NCBI GenBank assembly: GCA_938084645.1
Contig: CALKEP010000022.1
Location: 32,001-96,000, forward strand
Source: an uncultured Phycisphaerales bacterium
GTDB taxonomy: Bacteria > Planctomycetota > Phycisphaerae > Phycisphaerales > SM1A02
Direction of reading: 5' to 3'
Length of the DNA: 64,000 nt
Shown: positions 1 through 9,157 of the stretch, piece after piece
How the letters are laid out: each line of letters begins with the position of its first letter
How positions within the stretch are numbered: position 1 is the first letter of the stretch
The notes under the pieces: model-generated
The model's database searches: none
What the model was told of the DNA's origin: nothing
What the model saw: only the letters and a program-made list of their open reading frames with translations
Program-made: the position numbers and the translations under genes

Positions 1-6
1 TTCGGC

Positions 7-471
7 GTGCCGGTCGCGATCACGACCACCGCGGATCGCGACGGCCATGCGACGATCGAGGTTCCCGACGGGATGGAGACCGTGATCCGAGTCGGCGCGA
101 CGGGTCGGATCGGATCCGAAGTTCGACTCGATCCCCGGCGATCCACGGGTGTGCCGTCGGAGATGTGCATCACGATCGCCGAACCACACTACGAACCGAC
201 CCGGGTGATCGTGCTCGATCGCAGGACCGGCGAACCCGTCGGCGGCGTGGACCTGATCGTGGGCCTGCACGATCCCGAGACCGGCGAGCTTCGGAGCACG
301 GGGGTCTGGACCACCGATGCCGAGGGTCTCGCGCTCCTGATGAAGCCGGGGGCCGGACTCGGCACGATCGAGATCCGGGCCGGTGATCGCCATTCGGACG
401 AGTTCCGCCTGGTCGAGGTCCGCAGCCCGGACCTGCCGGCGATCGTGATCGAAGCCGACGCGTTCGATTGA
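7..471 (+). CDS. Hypothetical protein, probably the C-terminal part of a gene truncated by the window edge (beta-rich)
   Basis: Open frame with genome-typical codon usage; two similar 'TTADRDGHATI'/'TTDAEGLALL' segments. Confidence 0.6.
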   Translation: MPVAITTTADRDGHATIEVPDGMETVIRVGATGRIGSEVRLDPRRSTGVPSEMCITIAEPHYEPTRVIVLDRRTGEPVGGVDLIVGLHDPETGELRSTGVWTTDAEGLALLMKPGAGLGTIEIRAGDRHSDEFRLVEVRSPDLPAIVIEADAFD

Positions 472-521
472 TCGGACCGGCCTCCGACGGGTTTCGTTCG
501 GTTGGCTGATACCCTGATCGC

Positions 522-1556
522 ATGAAGGACGTCACCATCGTGGGTGCGACCGGCGCGGTCGGTGCCGAGCTCCGCGCGATCCTCGCCGATCGCGGGATCG
601 AGGCGTCGGGCCTTCGTCTGTTCGCGTCGTCGCGCAGCGCCGGCCGGTCCTTGGAACATCGAGGCGAATCGATCGCCGTCGAATCGGCGGATGGGGAACG
701 GATCCGCGCGGCGTTCGAGGCATCCGACACCGTCTTTCTCGCGGCGACCGCCGAGACGAGTCGCCGGCTCGCGCCGATCGCGGTCGCGTCCTCGTGCGTC
801 GTCATCGACAATTCCAGCGCCTTTCGCGACGACCCCGACTGTCCACTGGTGGTCTGCGGCGTGAATGACGCGGTGCTCGACGGTTTCACGGGCCCGGGCG
901 TCATCGCGAATCCCAACTGCTCGACCATCATCGCGCTCGCCGCGATCGCGCCGCTCCGGCGACTGGGCCGCCTCCTGCGAATGACCGTCTGCACCTATCA
1001 GGCGATCTCCGGCGCCGGGGCGGCGGCGATGTCGGAGCTCGAATCCCAGGCGAGGGCCTGGGCCGCGGACGAGCCGCTTCCGACGACGACCCTCGGGCGA
1101 CAGGGGGTCTTCAACGTCTTCAGTCACGACTCCGAAGTCGACGCCGACGGCGTGAACCGGGAGGAGCGGAAACTCGAGACGGAGTCGAGGCGGATCCTCG
1201 CCGACCCCGACCTGTTCGTGTCCTCGACCTGTGTCCGCGTCCCCGTCCTGCGGGCGCACAGCGAGGCGATCCACCTCGAATTCGATCGGGCGGTGGACGC
1301 CGAAGCGGCCCGGGCGATCCTCGCGAATGCGCCGGGGCTCGAGGTCGTGGATGATCGCGAAGGCCGCCGGTTCCCCGAGCCGATCCATGCGGCGGAACGC
1401 GACGAGGTTCTCGTCGGACGGATCCGCCGGGATCCGGGCGTGCCGGATGGCCGCGGGCTCGCGTTCTTCGCGGCCGGTGATCAGCTCCGGAAGGGTGCGG
1501 CGCTCAATGCGGTGCAGATCGCGGAAGCGATCGGCGGCCGAGGCGGACATCGCTGA
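522..1556 (+). CDS. asd: Aspartate-semialdehyde dehydrogenase
   Basis: IVGATGAVG, IDNSSAFR, IANPNCST, TYQAISGAG and DQLRKGAALNAVQIAE motifs. Confidence 0.97.
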   Translation: MKDVTIVGATGAVGAELRAILADRGIEASGLRLFASSRSAGRSLEHRGESIAVESADGERIRAAFEASDTVFLAATAETSRRLAPIAVASSCVVIDNSSAFRDDPDCPLVVCGVNDAVLDGFTGPGVIANPNCSTIIALAAIAPLRRLGRLLRMTVCTYQAISGAGAAAMSELESQARAWAADEPLPTTTLGRQGVFNVFSHDSEVDADGVNREERKLETESRRILADPDLFVSSTCVRVPVLRAHSEAIHLEFDRAVDAEAARAILANAPGLEVVDDREGRRFPEPIHAAERDEVLVGRIRRDPGVPDGRGLAFFAAGDQLRKGAALNAVQIAEAIGGRGGHR

Positions 1557-1565
1557 ACGAATCGT

Positions 1566-2486
1566 TCAGTTGCGGGGGTGGTAGCTTCGGACCACCTCGC
1601 GAAGCTGGCTTCGATCCACGTGGGTGTAGACCTGCGTGGTGCCGATGTCCGCGTGGCCGAGCAGGTCCTGAACCACGCGAAGGTCCGCGCCGCCGATCAG
1701 GAGATGGGTCGCGAAGCTGTGTCGGAGCTTGTGCGGGTGCACGTTCCGCATGCCGGCGATGGCCGCGTACTTCCGCACGATCTGCCACACCGCGACGCGT
1801 TCGAGCGGGCGTCCGCTGAAGGAGAGCAGCAGATGGGCCCGGTCGCGGCCGTCGTCGAAGCGAAGCAGATCGGGCCTGACTTCGGTGAGGTACTTCAGGG
1901 TCCACTTGACCGCCGGATCGCCGATCGGAACGACGCGTTGCTTGGAACCCTTGCCGGTGACCGTGAGGCTCGCGAGGGTCTCGTGGAACTCGTCGAGGCG
2001 GAGGGCGGTCACTTCGCTGGCCCGGAGACCGGCGGCATACATGAGTTCCAGCATCGCGCGATCCCGGACCCAGAGTCGACCGTGTTCCGGTTCCGGGGCC
2101 TCGATCAGCTTCCGCATCTGTCGTGGACTCATCACGCCGGGGACCCGCTTCCACCGGGTCGGGCGTTCGAGCAGCCGGGCCGGGTCCTTCCGGATCCGTC
2201 CGTTCGCGCAGAGCCAGCGGAAGAAGACACGTGCGGTGGCGAGATGCCGGGTGATCGTCGTCGGCTCGAAGCCGCGATCGCGACTGAGTCCGCGCAGATG
2301 ATCCGCGACATCGTTCGGGCCGACGTCGTCGATTGAATCGATCCCGTTGGATCGAAGGGTGCCGATCAGGTCGCCGAGATCCCGGGCATACGCCTCGAGC
2401 GTCGCGGGCGCGAGTCCCGCTTCGATCCGGACGTAGGTCAGGAAGTCACGAACCGGTCGGTCGAAGCCGGAGTGAATCGCCGTCAT
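1566..2486 (-). CDS. xerD: Tyrosine recombinase XerD
   Basis: RDRAMLELMYAAGLRASE, GKGSKQRVVP, HPHKLRHSFATHLL, VQDLLGHADIGTTQVYTHV, terminal HPR. Confidence 0.92.
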   Translation of the reverse strand: MTAIHSGFDRPVRDFLTYVRIEAGLAPATLEAYARDLGDLIGTLRSNGIDSIDDVGPNDVADHLRGLSRDRGFEPTTITRHLATARVFFRWLCANGRIRKDPARLLERPTRWKRVPGVMSPRQMRKLIEAPEPEHGRLWVRDRAMLELMYAAGLRASEVTALRLDEFHETLASLTVTGKGSKQRVVPIGDPAVKWTLKYLTEVRPDLLRFDDGRDRAHLLLSFSGRPLERVAVWQIVRKYAAIAGMRNVHPHKLRHSFATHLLIGGADLRVVQDLLGHADIGTTQVYTHVDRSQLREVVRSYHPRN

Positions 2487-2814
2487 GGGTGAGCGTCACG
2501 GGAGCCGGAGCGGAGGGGTGGGCGAACACGACGCCCTGTTCCTCCTCCATCCGAAGGCGGTGGTACATGAGACATCCGGCCACGCCGCTGCCGAGGCAGA
2601 CGTCCATCGCTTCCGAGAGTCGGGCGAGTGAGAATCGGGCCTGGCATCGTTCGTCGTTTCGTTCGAAGTAGGGACAGCAGTTCGTCGCGGCCGGATCCTC
2701 GGCGAGCAACCCGCGATCCGTCGTCTCGCCGGCGGCCGGGCCGGATCGATGCGCCCGCGGCCGGTGCAGCTCGGGATCGAACTGGAGCGTGTCGTTGCGG
2801 AGTGCGGTCTGCAT
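2446..2814 (-). CDS. Small hypothetical protein with Cys cluster (CCPYF..C..C..C)
   Basis: ATG with AAGGA upstream; good codon usage; overlaps the xerD start. Confidence 0.65.
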   Translation of the reverse strand: MQTALRNDTLQFDPELHRPRAHRSGPAAGETTDRGLLAEDPAATNCCPYFERNDERCQARFSLARLSEAMDVCLGSGVAGCLMYHRLRMEEEQGVVFAHPSAPAPVTLTHDGDSLRLRPTGS

Positions 2815-3163
2815 GCGAGGCGGTCCTTCGCCGGAGGACTGGTCGGGCCGTGCTCGGCCCGGTGATGGGATTCCGGTGCGTGCCCGCGATCCGTGCGAGC
2901 CCTCCCGGCCATCGTCCGGGTCATCGGATGAACCATCGCATTCCGGCCAGATTCAAGTCGATGCAATCCGCGAGATCGTCCGGAAACACCGCGGCGGTCG
3001 CACGCCGCCGGTCTTCCGGCCGCTCCCGGAACGCGTCCACCGCCGGCGGATCGGCATCTTTCGCCCCTGGTCCGATGGCGATCGGCGCAGGAATCGCGGC
3101 GAGTCTCGCCCGCGACACCGTGCAATCGGCCTTCCTGCCATCGCCGTCCACGTTTCGGGGGGC

Positions 3164-3180
3164 GGGCATGGTGGTTGCAT
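3164..3180 (+). promoter_or_regulatory. Putative sigma-54 (-24/-12) promoter for ORF 3218..3532
   Basis: GGGCATGGTGGTTGCAT = GG-N10-GC with GGCAT and TTGCA; followed by AAGGAG RBS and ATG. Confidence 0.6.
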
Positions 3181-3217
3181 GGGATCTCTTCCAACCGCTT
3201 TCGGCAAGGAGTGCCCC

Positions 3218-3532
3218 ATGCGGATCGAACGACCCCGAGCGGCCGGAGAGGATCTCCGGACCGGCTCGCGACAACCCGAGGCCCGACCCATGTCGATCGG
3301 AACCGAATCCGAATCGGCAATCGATGCGCGTCTGTTGCACATGCTGCGCCGCGAGATGGATCCTCGAAATCACTCCAACGGGCTCGGAGCGGAGATTCTC
3401 CGCCTTGCCGGGCTCGCGGCCGCGGTTCATCGCGGTACGGCGATGTCGAACGACGGTGGCGCGGCCGTTGCTTGCAGTCACGGAGATTCGATCGCCACCG
3501 TCGGTGGTGACGCCTTGGAGACGCCTCGATGA
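3218..3532 (+). CDS. Hypothetical 104-aa protein (MRIERPRAAG...) directly upstream of flgF
   Basis: AAGGAG at 3206-3211, ATG at 3218 in the frame of track ORF 2789..3532; its stop overlaps the flgF start (ATGA). Confidence 0.55.
   Translation: MRIERPRAAGEDLRTGSRQPEARPMSIGTESESAIDARLLHMLRREMDPRNHSNGLGAEILRLAGLAAAVHRGTAMSNDGGAAVACSHGDSIATVGGDALETPR
3457..3472 (+). promoter_or_regulatory. Putative sigma-54 promoter of flgF-flgG-flgA-flgH
   Basis: TGGCGCGGCCGTTGCT matches TGGCRC-N5-TTGCW with exact spacing, about 56 nt before the flgF ATG. Confidence 0.7.
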
Positions 3533-4281
3533 ACTACGGACTCTGGATGTCGGCGGCCGGACTCTCGACCGAGATGCATCGGCAGGACGTGATCTCCAAC
3601 AACCTCGCGAACGCCCAGACCGCCGGTTTCAAGGCGGATCACACCTTCACCCGGGAACGTCCGATCGCCCGTGAGGAACTCGGACTCGACGTGCCTTCCC
3701 AGCTGCTGCTCGAGCGGCTCGGCGGTGGCGTGCTGGCCGAGCCCACCTGGACGAACTTCGCCCAGAGTGGATTCACCGCGGGTGGCGATCTCGACCTCGC
3801 GATCAGTGGCCCGGGCTTCTTCGTGGTCCGCGACGGCGAGGGCGAAGCCTTCACCCGCGACGGGGGATTCAACCGGGGCACCCGTGGCGAGCTCGTCGAT
3901 GGTGACGGCCGTCAGGTGATGTCCGTTCGAAATCGCCCGATCCGACTGCCCGAGACCGGATCGATCTCGATCGGGCAGGATGGAACGATCTCGATCGACG
4001 GCGAGTCGGTCGATCGAATCCGCGTGGCCGGACCCGACACCGACCAGCTCCGCAAGGGTGGCGACAACCTCTACCGGTACCTCGGTGCCGGCAAGGTCCC
4101 CGATGCCGGCTCGGACGTCCTGGTCAAGCAGGGCTGGATCGAGGATTCCGGCGTCGACCCGATCCGCAGCATGACCGACCTCGTCGCGTCGAGCCGGGCC
4201 GTGCAGGCCTCCGCTCGATTCATCGACCTTCACGACCGCATGATGGAACTCGCCGTGAACCGCCTCGGCGCGGTCGCCTGA
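3529..4281 (+). CDS. flgF: Flagellar basal-body rod protein FlgF
   Basis: QDVISNNLANAQTAGFK, DLAISGPGFF, FTRDGGF, QGWIEDSGVD; precedes flgG. Confidence 0.88.
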   Translation: MNYGLWMSAAGLSTEMHRQDVISNNLANAQTAGFKADHTFTRERPIAREELGLDVPSQLLLERLGGGVLAEPTWTNFAQSGFTAGGDLDLAISGPGFFVVRDGEGEAFTRDGGFNRGTRGELVDGDGRQVMSVRNRPIRLPETGSISIGQDGTISIDGESVDRIRVAGPDTDQLRKGGDNLYRYLGAGKVPDAGSDVLVKQGWIEDSGVDPIRSMTDLVASSRAVQASARFIDLHDRMMELAVNRLGAVA

Positions 4282-4321
4282 TCCCGAACCCCGCACCCAT
4301 CCGCCTTCAGGAACCACGACC

Positions 4322-5128
4322 ATGAGCAGCCTCGCACTGAACACCTCGGCCAGCGGCATGTCCGCCCTCAACACGCAGCTGGACATCACGGCCAACAACC
4401 TCGCGAACGCCAACACCACGGCCTTCAAGTCGAGCCGCGCGAACTTCCAGGATCTCTATTACATCGAGAAGAAGCAGCCCGGCGTCGAGAACCAGATCGC
4501 GGACTCCACGAGCCCGATCGGACTCTTCGTGGGCCTCGGGGTCGAAGTCGCCGGAACCCAGCTCGACTTCGAGCAGGGGCCCGCGATCGCCACCGGTCGA
4601 CCGCTCGACGTCATGATCGAAGGGAAGGGGTTCCTGCAGGTCGACGTCGGCGACGTCGGCGAGGGCATCGCCTACACCCGCGACGGCGCGTTGCTGGTCG
4701 ACGAAGAGGGAAGTCTCGTCCTCGCCAACAACATCGGGTACCGGATCGAGGGCGGCATCGTGATCCCTCCGGATTCGAAGGCCGTCACGATCGGGAGCGA
4801 CGGCAGCGTCTACTACCAGGATCCGAATCAGAACGAACCCGTGCTCGCGGGACAGCTCGAACTGGCGTACTTCCAGAACAACGCCGGACTCGAGACGATC
4901 GGACAGAACCTCTATCTCGAGACCTATGCCTCGGGACCGGTGCAGACCGGTGACCCGGGAACCGACGGACTCGGTCGCATCACGTCCGGCTACCTCGAAG
5001 GATCGAACGTCGATCCGGTCACCCAGCTCGTGGACCTGATCCGGACGCAGCGGACCTTCGAGATGAACAGCCAGGCGCTGCAGGCCGCGGATGAGACGCT
5101 CCGAACCGTCGTGAACATCGCCAACTGA
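4322..5128 (+). CDS. flgG: Flagellar basal-body rod protein FlgG
   Basis: ANNLANANTTAFKSSRANFQDLYY, VGLGV, YTRDG, GYLEGSNV, QRTFEMNS. Confidence 0.95.
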   Translation: MSSLALNTSASGMSALNTQLDITANNLANANTTAFKSSRANFQDLYYIEKKQPGVENQIADSTSPIGLFVGLGVEVAGTQLDFEQGPAIATGRPLDVMIEGKGFLQVDVGDVGEGIAYTRDGALLVDEEGSLVLANNIGYRIEGGIVIPPDSKAVTIGSDGSVYYQDPNQNEPVLAGQLELAYFQNNAGLETIGQNLYLETYASGPVQTGDPGTDGLGRITSGYLEGSNVDPVTQLVDLIRTQRTFEMNSQALQAADETLRTVVNIAN

Positions 5129-5170
5129 TCCTTCGTCGTCCTCGTCCTTCGCCGAGTCGGAGCATTCTTC

Positions 5171-6232
5171 ATGAACATGCTGATCTCCATCGCCGCCATC
5201 TCCCTCTTCGCGATCGGGTCCGCCGCGGCGGACGTGATCCGGCTCCGGGACTCGGTACGGCTCGCCACCAACGACCAGCCCGTGCTGCTCCGCGACATCG
5301 CGATCCTCGAAGGTGCGGTCGCCGAAGGGTTCGGCGGCCTGATGGTCCGCTCGGAGGCCGTCGACGACGTGGTGCGGATCCGGGTCGACGAGATCCGGGA
5401 TCTGCTCGATGACGCCGGCGCGTACTGGGGCGAACTCTCCCTCGAAGGCGGAATGACCCGGGTCCGGCCGCCGGCCGTCCGGGCCGACGTCGTCTCCCCC
5501 GGCCTCGCCATCCAATCGAGTTCCGGATCCGCGGCGAAGTCCGGCGGAACCGGTCGGGCATCGATCGATCTCCGATCGCCGTTCGAGCTCCTCGATCGGG
5601 GCGGGATCGTCGAGGAGATCGCGGAACGGGTGATCGAAGCGTGGGGCCCCGAGAGCGAATCGATCCGGGTCGGCATCGATTCGGCGCGACTTGCGACGGC
5701 GATCGAGGGGCTCACGACCGCGGAGATCACGGTGCAGGGGAATGTGCGCGGTGATCGCTTCCAGATCCGAGTCGGTGGAAGCCGTGCCGACGGACGCCTC
5801 TCGAGGGCACGACTCCTTCCCGTCGAGATCCGAATCATGGAGACGGTGCCGGTCGCATCCCGCGAACTGCGTTCCGGCCGTCGACTCGATCCGTCCGACT
5901 TCACGCTGGAGTCGCGGCCGGTTCGCCCGTCGAGCGTGGTGCTCGATCTCGATTCGATCGAGGATCGTCAATTGCAGGTCCCGGTCCCCATGGGGCACGC
6001 CCTCGAGGTCGGTCATCTCCTGCCCGAGATCGTGATCGATCGGAAGGACGATGTCGTCGTGATGGCGGACGACGGCCAGGTCAGCATCCATGTTCGCGGC
6101 ATCGCGATCGAGAAGGGACGCGTCGGCGACACCATCAAGTGTCGGCTTCGCACCAGTGATCCTCGTGACCGCACCGCCTGGTTCGATGCCGAAATCGTCG
6201 GCCCCGGACGCGTTCGACTCCCCCGAAACTGA
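5171..6232 (+). CDS. flgA: Flagellar P-ring formation chaperone FlgA
   Basis: Signal peptide; C-terminal SAF-like region and GIAIEKGRVGDTIK...AEIVGPGRV; position between flgG and flgH. Confidence 0.85.
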   Translation: MNMLISIAAISLFAIGSAAADVIRLRDSVRLATNDQPVLLRDIAILEGAVAEGFGGLMVRSEAVDDVVRIRVDEIRDLLDDAGAYWGELSLEGGMTRVRPPAVRADVVSPGLAIQSSSGSAAKSGGTGRASIDLRSPFELLDRGGIVEEIAERVIEAWGPESESIRVGIDSARLATAIEGLTTAEITVQGNVRGDRFQIRVGGSRADGRLSRARLLPVEIRIMETVPVASRELRSGRRLDPSDFTLESRPVRPSSVVLDLDSIEDRQLQVPVPMGHALEVGHLLPEIVIDRKDDVVVMADDGQVSIHVRGIAIEKGRVGDTIKCRLRTSDPRDRTAWFDAEIVGPGRVRLPRN

Positions 6233-6286
6233 ATCCTCCCGACGTGATCGCGGTGACGCGGATCACCGTTCCCTGAAAGGCCAGTC

Positions 6287-7066
6287 ATGACTCATCGCAC
6301 CGACCACTGCACCAGCACCCGTGTCCGGCGTCTCGAAGACGTCCGCCGTGGCTTCCTCGGCATCGCGATCGCGGCAACTGCCATGACCTCCGGGTTCGCG
6401 GGAACGGCCGTCGCCGACGCGCGGGACGCATCGCCCGTCATCCTGCCCGGCAGGGTCGATGAAGGCGTTCAGTCCGTGCCCGCCCGATTCCACATGTACG
6501 GCACGATCCGGGCGGGTGACACCCGGTTCGGAACCGTCTCGTTGATGCCCGCGGCGCGGGAGTGGCGTGAAGAGGACCTGATTCAGATCGTGGTGATCGA
6601 GAAGAGCCGTTCCAAGATCGATCAGAAGCGGGAGCTCGAGACCGAAGGCGTCGCGAAGGCCGAGGTGGCGGAGTTCTCGAGCTTCGACCTCGGGGCGTTC
6701 ACCTTCAGCCCCAGCACCAGTGATTCACTTCCCGGGGTCGAGATCGGCGCCGAGAAGGAGTTCGAGGGCGAGGGTCGGTACCAGCGACAGGATGAGATGA
6801 CCGATCGAATCACCGCCCGGATCGTCGAGGTGAAGCCCAACGGGAACCTCGTGCTCGAAGCACGGGTGGTTCGCAACTGGAGCGGGGACCGCACCGAGAT
6901 CCGCCTGACCGGCAGCACCCGGTCCGACTGGATCACCGCCGACGGCACCGTGACTTCGAACCAGCTCTACGATCTCGCGGTCGACAAGGTCCACACCGGT
7001 GCGGTGGAACGATCCACCCAGCGAGGCTTCATCGCCGAGGCCCTGGACTTCCTCTTCGCGTTCTGA
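6287..7066 (+). CDS. flgH: Flagellar L-ring protein FlgH
   Basis: EDLIQIVVIE, ITARIVEVKPNGNLVLEA, IRLTG, ITADGTVTSNQL, C-terminal GFIAEALDFLFAF. Confidence 0.88.
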   Translation: MTHRTDHCTSTRVRRLEDVRRGFLGIAIAATAMTSGFAGTAVADARDASPVILPGRVDEGVQSVPARFHMYGTIRAGDTRFGTVSLMPAAREWREEDLIQIVVIEKSRSKIDQKRELETEGVAKAEVAEFSSFDLGAFTFSPSTSDSLPGVEIGAEKEFEGEGRYQRQDEMTDRITARIVEVKPNGNLVLEARVVRNWSGDRTEIRLTGSTRSDWITADGTVTSNQLYDLAVDKVHTGAVERSTQRGFIAEALDFLFAF

Positions 7067-7102
7067 GCCGGTCGAGTGCTCTCGCCTTCAGACGAGGTCG
7101 CC

Positions 7103-7714
7103 ATGGATTCCGAAGGTCTCGCGCATTTTCTCAGCCAGAAGATGAGCATGCAGCACGTCTACCAACCGGTTTTGATCCGGGCTCTGCTCGAGGCGGATGG
7201 CGTCGCCTCCGTTCGCGATGTCGCGAGGGCGATCCTGGGTTTGGATGAGAGCCAGCTTCGATACTACGAACGTCGGGTCAAGGACATGCCGACTCGTGTC
7301 CTTCAGCGTCATGGTGTCGTCGAACGCAGCGGTGAGCGGATCGAATTGTGCGTGCAGTCCATCAGTGCTCAAGATCGAGATGCACTGATTTCGATTTGCG
7401 ATGCGAAGATCGAGGAGTACCTCGATGAGAACGGACTTGGAGTCTGGGAAGGTCGGTACCTGTCTGAACCGGTACCGGGCAATCTCAGATTCGAGGTGCT
7501 TCGCCGCGCAGGGAAGAGGTGTGAACTATGTGGAGTCGCGGAAGGGGATTCTCGTTACGAGGATCGGCTTCCGCTGCATGTCGACCACATCGTGCCGCGA
7601 TCGAAAGGTGGTTCCAGCGAGATCGCGAATCTCCAAGTTCTGTGTCGTGCCTGCAACATCGGGAAGGGGAATCGTGACGACACTGATTTTCGTAGGGGCC
7701 CGTCGGATCGATGA
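7103..7714 (+). CDS. HNH endonuclease with N-terminal helical (possibly winged-helix) domain
   Basis: CELCG, LHVDHIVPRSKGG, NLQVLCRACNIGKG; GAGG RBS before ATG 7103; visibly more A/T-ending codons than neighbours. Confidence 0.9.
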   Translation: MDSEGLAHFLSQKMSMQHVYQPVLIRALLEADGVASVRDVARAILGLDESQLRYYERRVKDMPTRVLQRHGVVERSGERIELCVQSISAQDRDALISICDAKIEEYLDENGLGVWEGRYLSEPVPGNLRFEVLRRAGKRCELCGVAEGDSRYEDRLPLHVDHIVPRSKGGSSEIANLQVLCRACNIGKGNRDDTDFRRGPSDR

Positions 7715-7747
7715 GAAGTCCGCGACGGCGATTCCGAGCGTCCCGCG

Positions 7748-8038
7748 TCAGTCCGCGGTCGCGCCGCATTCGGGGCAGGGCCCGTCGGTCACGCCGCGAC
7801 GGTCGTAGCCGCAGGCCGGGCACTCCCAGGGGAGGTGCTGGTCGCGTCGGAGCGCCCACCACCACGATGCGACGATGATCCCGAGCAGCGCGGTGTCGAA
7901 GCAGAGGTATCCGATCGTCCAGCCGATCCCGGCGCCCGGCTCCTGCGACGCGAGCAATCCGAAGACTCCGAACCCGAGGCACGGGAGCAGGAGCAGGGTC
8001 GCGAGGGCGGTGGCGAGGATTCGGGCGGTCCGGCTCAA
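7748..8038 (-). CDS. Small 2-TM membrane protein with C-terminal zinc ribbon
   Basis: Two hydrophobic helices then CPACGYDRRGVTDGPCPECG; start overlaps the trpS stop. Confidence 0.8.
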   Translation of the reverse strand: MSRTARILATALATLLLLPCLGFGVFGLLASQEPGAGIGWTIGYLCFDTALLGIIVASWWWALRRDQHLPWECPACGYDRRGVTDGPCPECGATAD

Positions 8039-9111
8039 TCGAGTTCCAAGGATCGCTTGAAGAAGCCGAGTCCGCAGGCTTCCTTCGCCATGGCGAGCGT
8101 CTCCTCGGTGAGGGCGTTCGCGCGGGCGGTGCCCGACTTGAGCACGTCGATCACGTAGGCGTCGTCGCCCTCGTACTTCGCTCGCCGTTCCCGCATCGGT
8201 TCGAGCAGTTCGTTGATCGCCGCCCCGAGTTCCTGCTTGATGTGGCCGTCGCCGATGTCCGCACCGCGGGCGTAGAGATCCTTCAGTTCCGCGACGCGGT
8301 CCGCGTCGGGGATGAAGATCTCGCAGTACTGCATGAGGATGTTGTTCGGATCGCCGGGTTCGGTCGCGCTCTGCCGGCCGGTGAAGATCTTGTTGATCTT
8401 CTTCTGCACCTGTTTCGCGGTGTCGGAGATGTAGACCGCGTTGTTGAGCGACTTGCTCATCTTGTTCTCGCCGTCGGTGCCGACCAGTCGGCCGACCTTG
8501 CCGACGTCCGCCCGCGGAATCGGGAAGACACCGCCTTCCGCCACGTGATCGTCGTCCTCGGCCTTGTCGTGGACGCCGCAGTACATCTGGTTGAACCGGC
8601 GGGCGACTTCGCGGGTCAGTTCGAGGTGGGCGACCTGGTCCTCGCCGACCGGCACGCCGACCGGACGGAAGGCGAGAATGTCCGCGGTCTGACCGACCGC
8701 GTACAGGGGGAATCCGAAGCTGTACGTCTCGCCGAGGTTCTTGACCTTGATCTCGTCCTTGAGGGTCGGATTCCGCATCACTCGGTTGTAGGGGAGGAGC
8801 ATCGCGAAGAGGAAGGTCAGTTCCGCGATCGCGGGGACCTCGCTCTGCAGGAAGATCGAGGCGCCCTCGGGGTCGATCCCCATCGCCAGCAGATCGCGGA
8901 CGATCTCAAGGGTGTCCTCCCGGATCGCCTCGGGCTTGTCGGCCCGGGTGGTGAACGCGTGGATGTTGGCGAGGATGAAGAAGCAGTCGTGGGTCCGCTG
9001 CAGTTCGACCCGACGCTTCACCGAACCCACCCAGTGTCCGAGGTGGAGCTTGCCGGTGGGGGTGTCGCCGGTGAGGATCCGGGCACGATCGGTCGGTGGG
9101 GCGTCGGTCAT
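8035..9111 (-). CDS. trpS: Tryptophan--tRNA ligase
   Basis: TGDTPTGKLHLGH (HIGH), VPVGEDQ, KMSKS. Confidence 0.97.
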   Translation of the reverse strand: MTDAPPTDRARILTGDTPTGKLHLGHWVGSVKRRVELQRTHDCFFILANIHAFTTRADKPEAIREDTLEIVRDLLAMGIDPEGASIFLQSEVPAIAELTFLFAMLLPYNRVMRNPTLKDEIKVKNLGETYSFGFPLYAVGQTADILAFRPVGVPVGEDQVAHLELTREVARRFNQMYCGVHDKAEDDDHVAEGGVFPIPRADVGKVGRLVGTDGENKMSKSLNNAVYISDTAKQVQKKINKIFTGRQSATEPGDPNNILMQYCEIFIPDADRVAELKDLYARGADIGDGHIKQELGAAINELLEPMRERRAKYEGDDAYVIDVLKSGTARANALTEETLAMAKEACGLGFFKRSLELD

Positions 9112-9157
9112 GGGGGCTCGAGTATAGGGGGCGTGCGATCGGTCCTCGATCCCGCGA

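Noticed and set aside
2921..3481. Minus-strand ORF between the Cys protein and flgF
   Set aside because: No RBS or recognisable motif, and it overlaps the better-supported plus-strand promoter and ORF.
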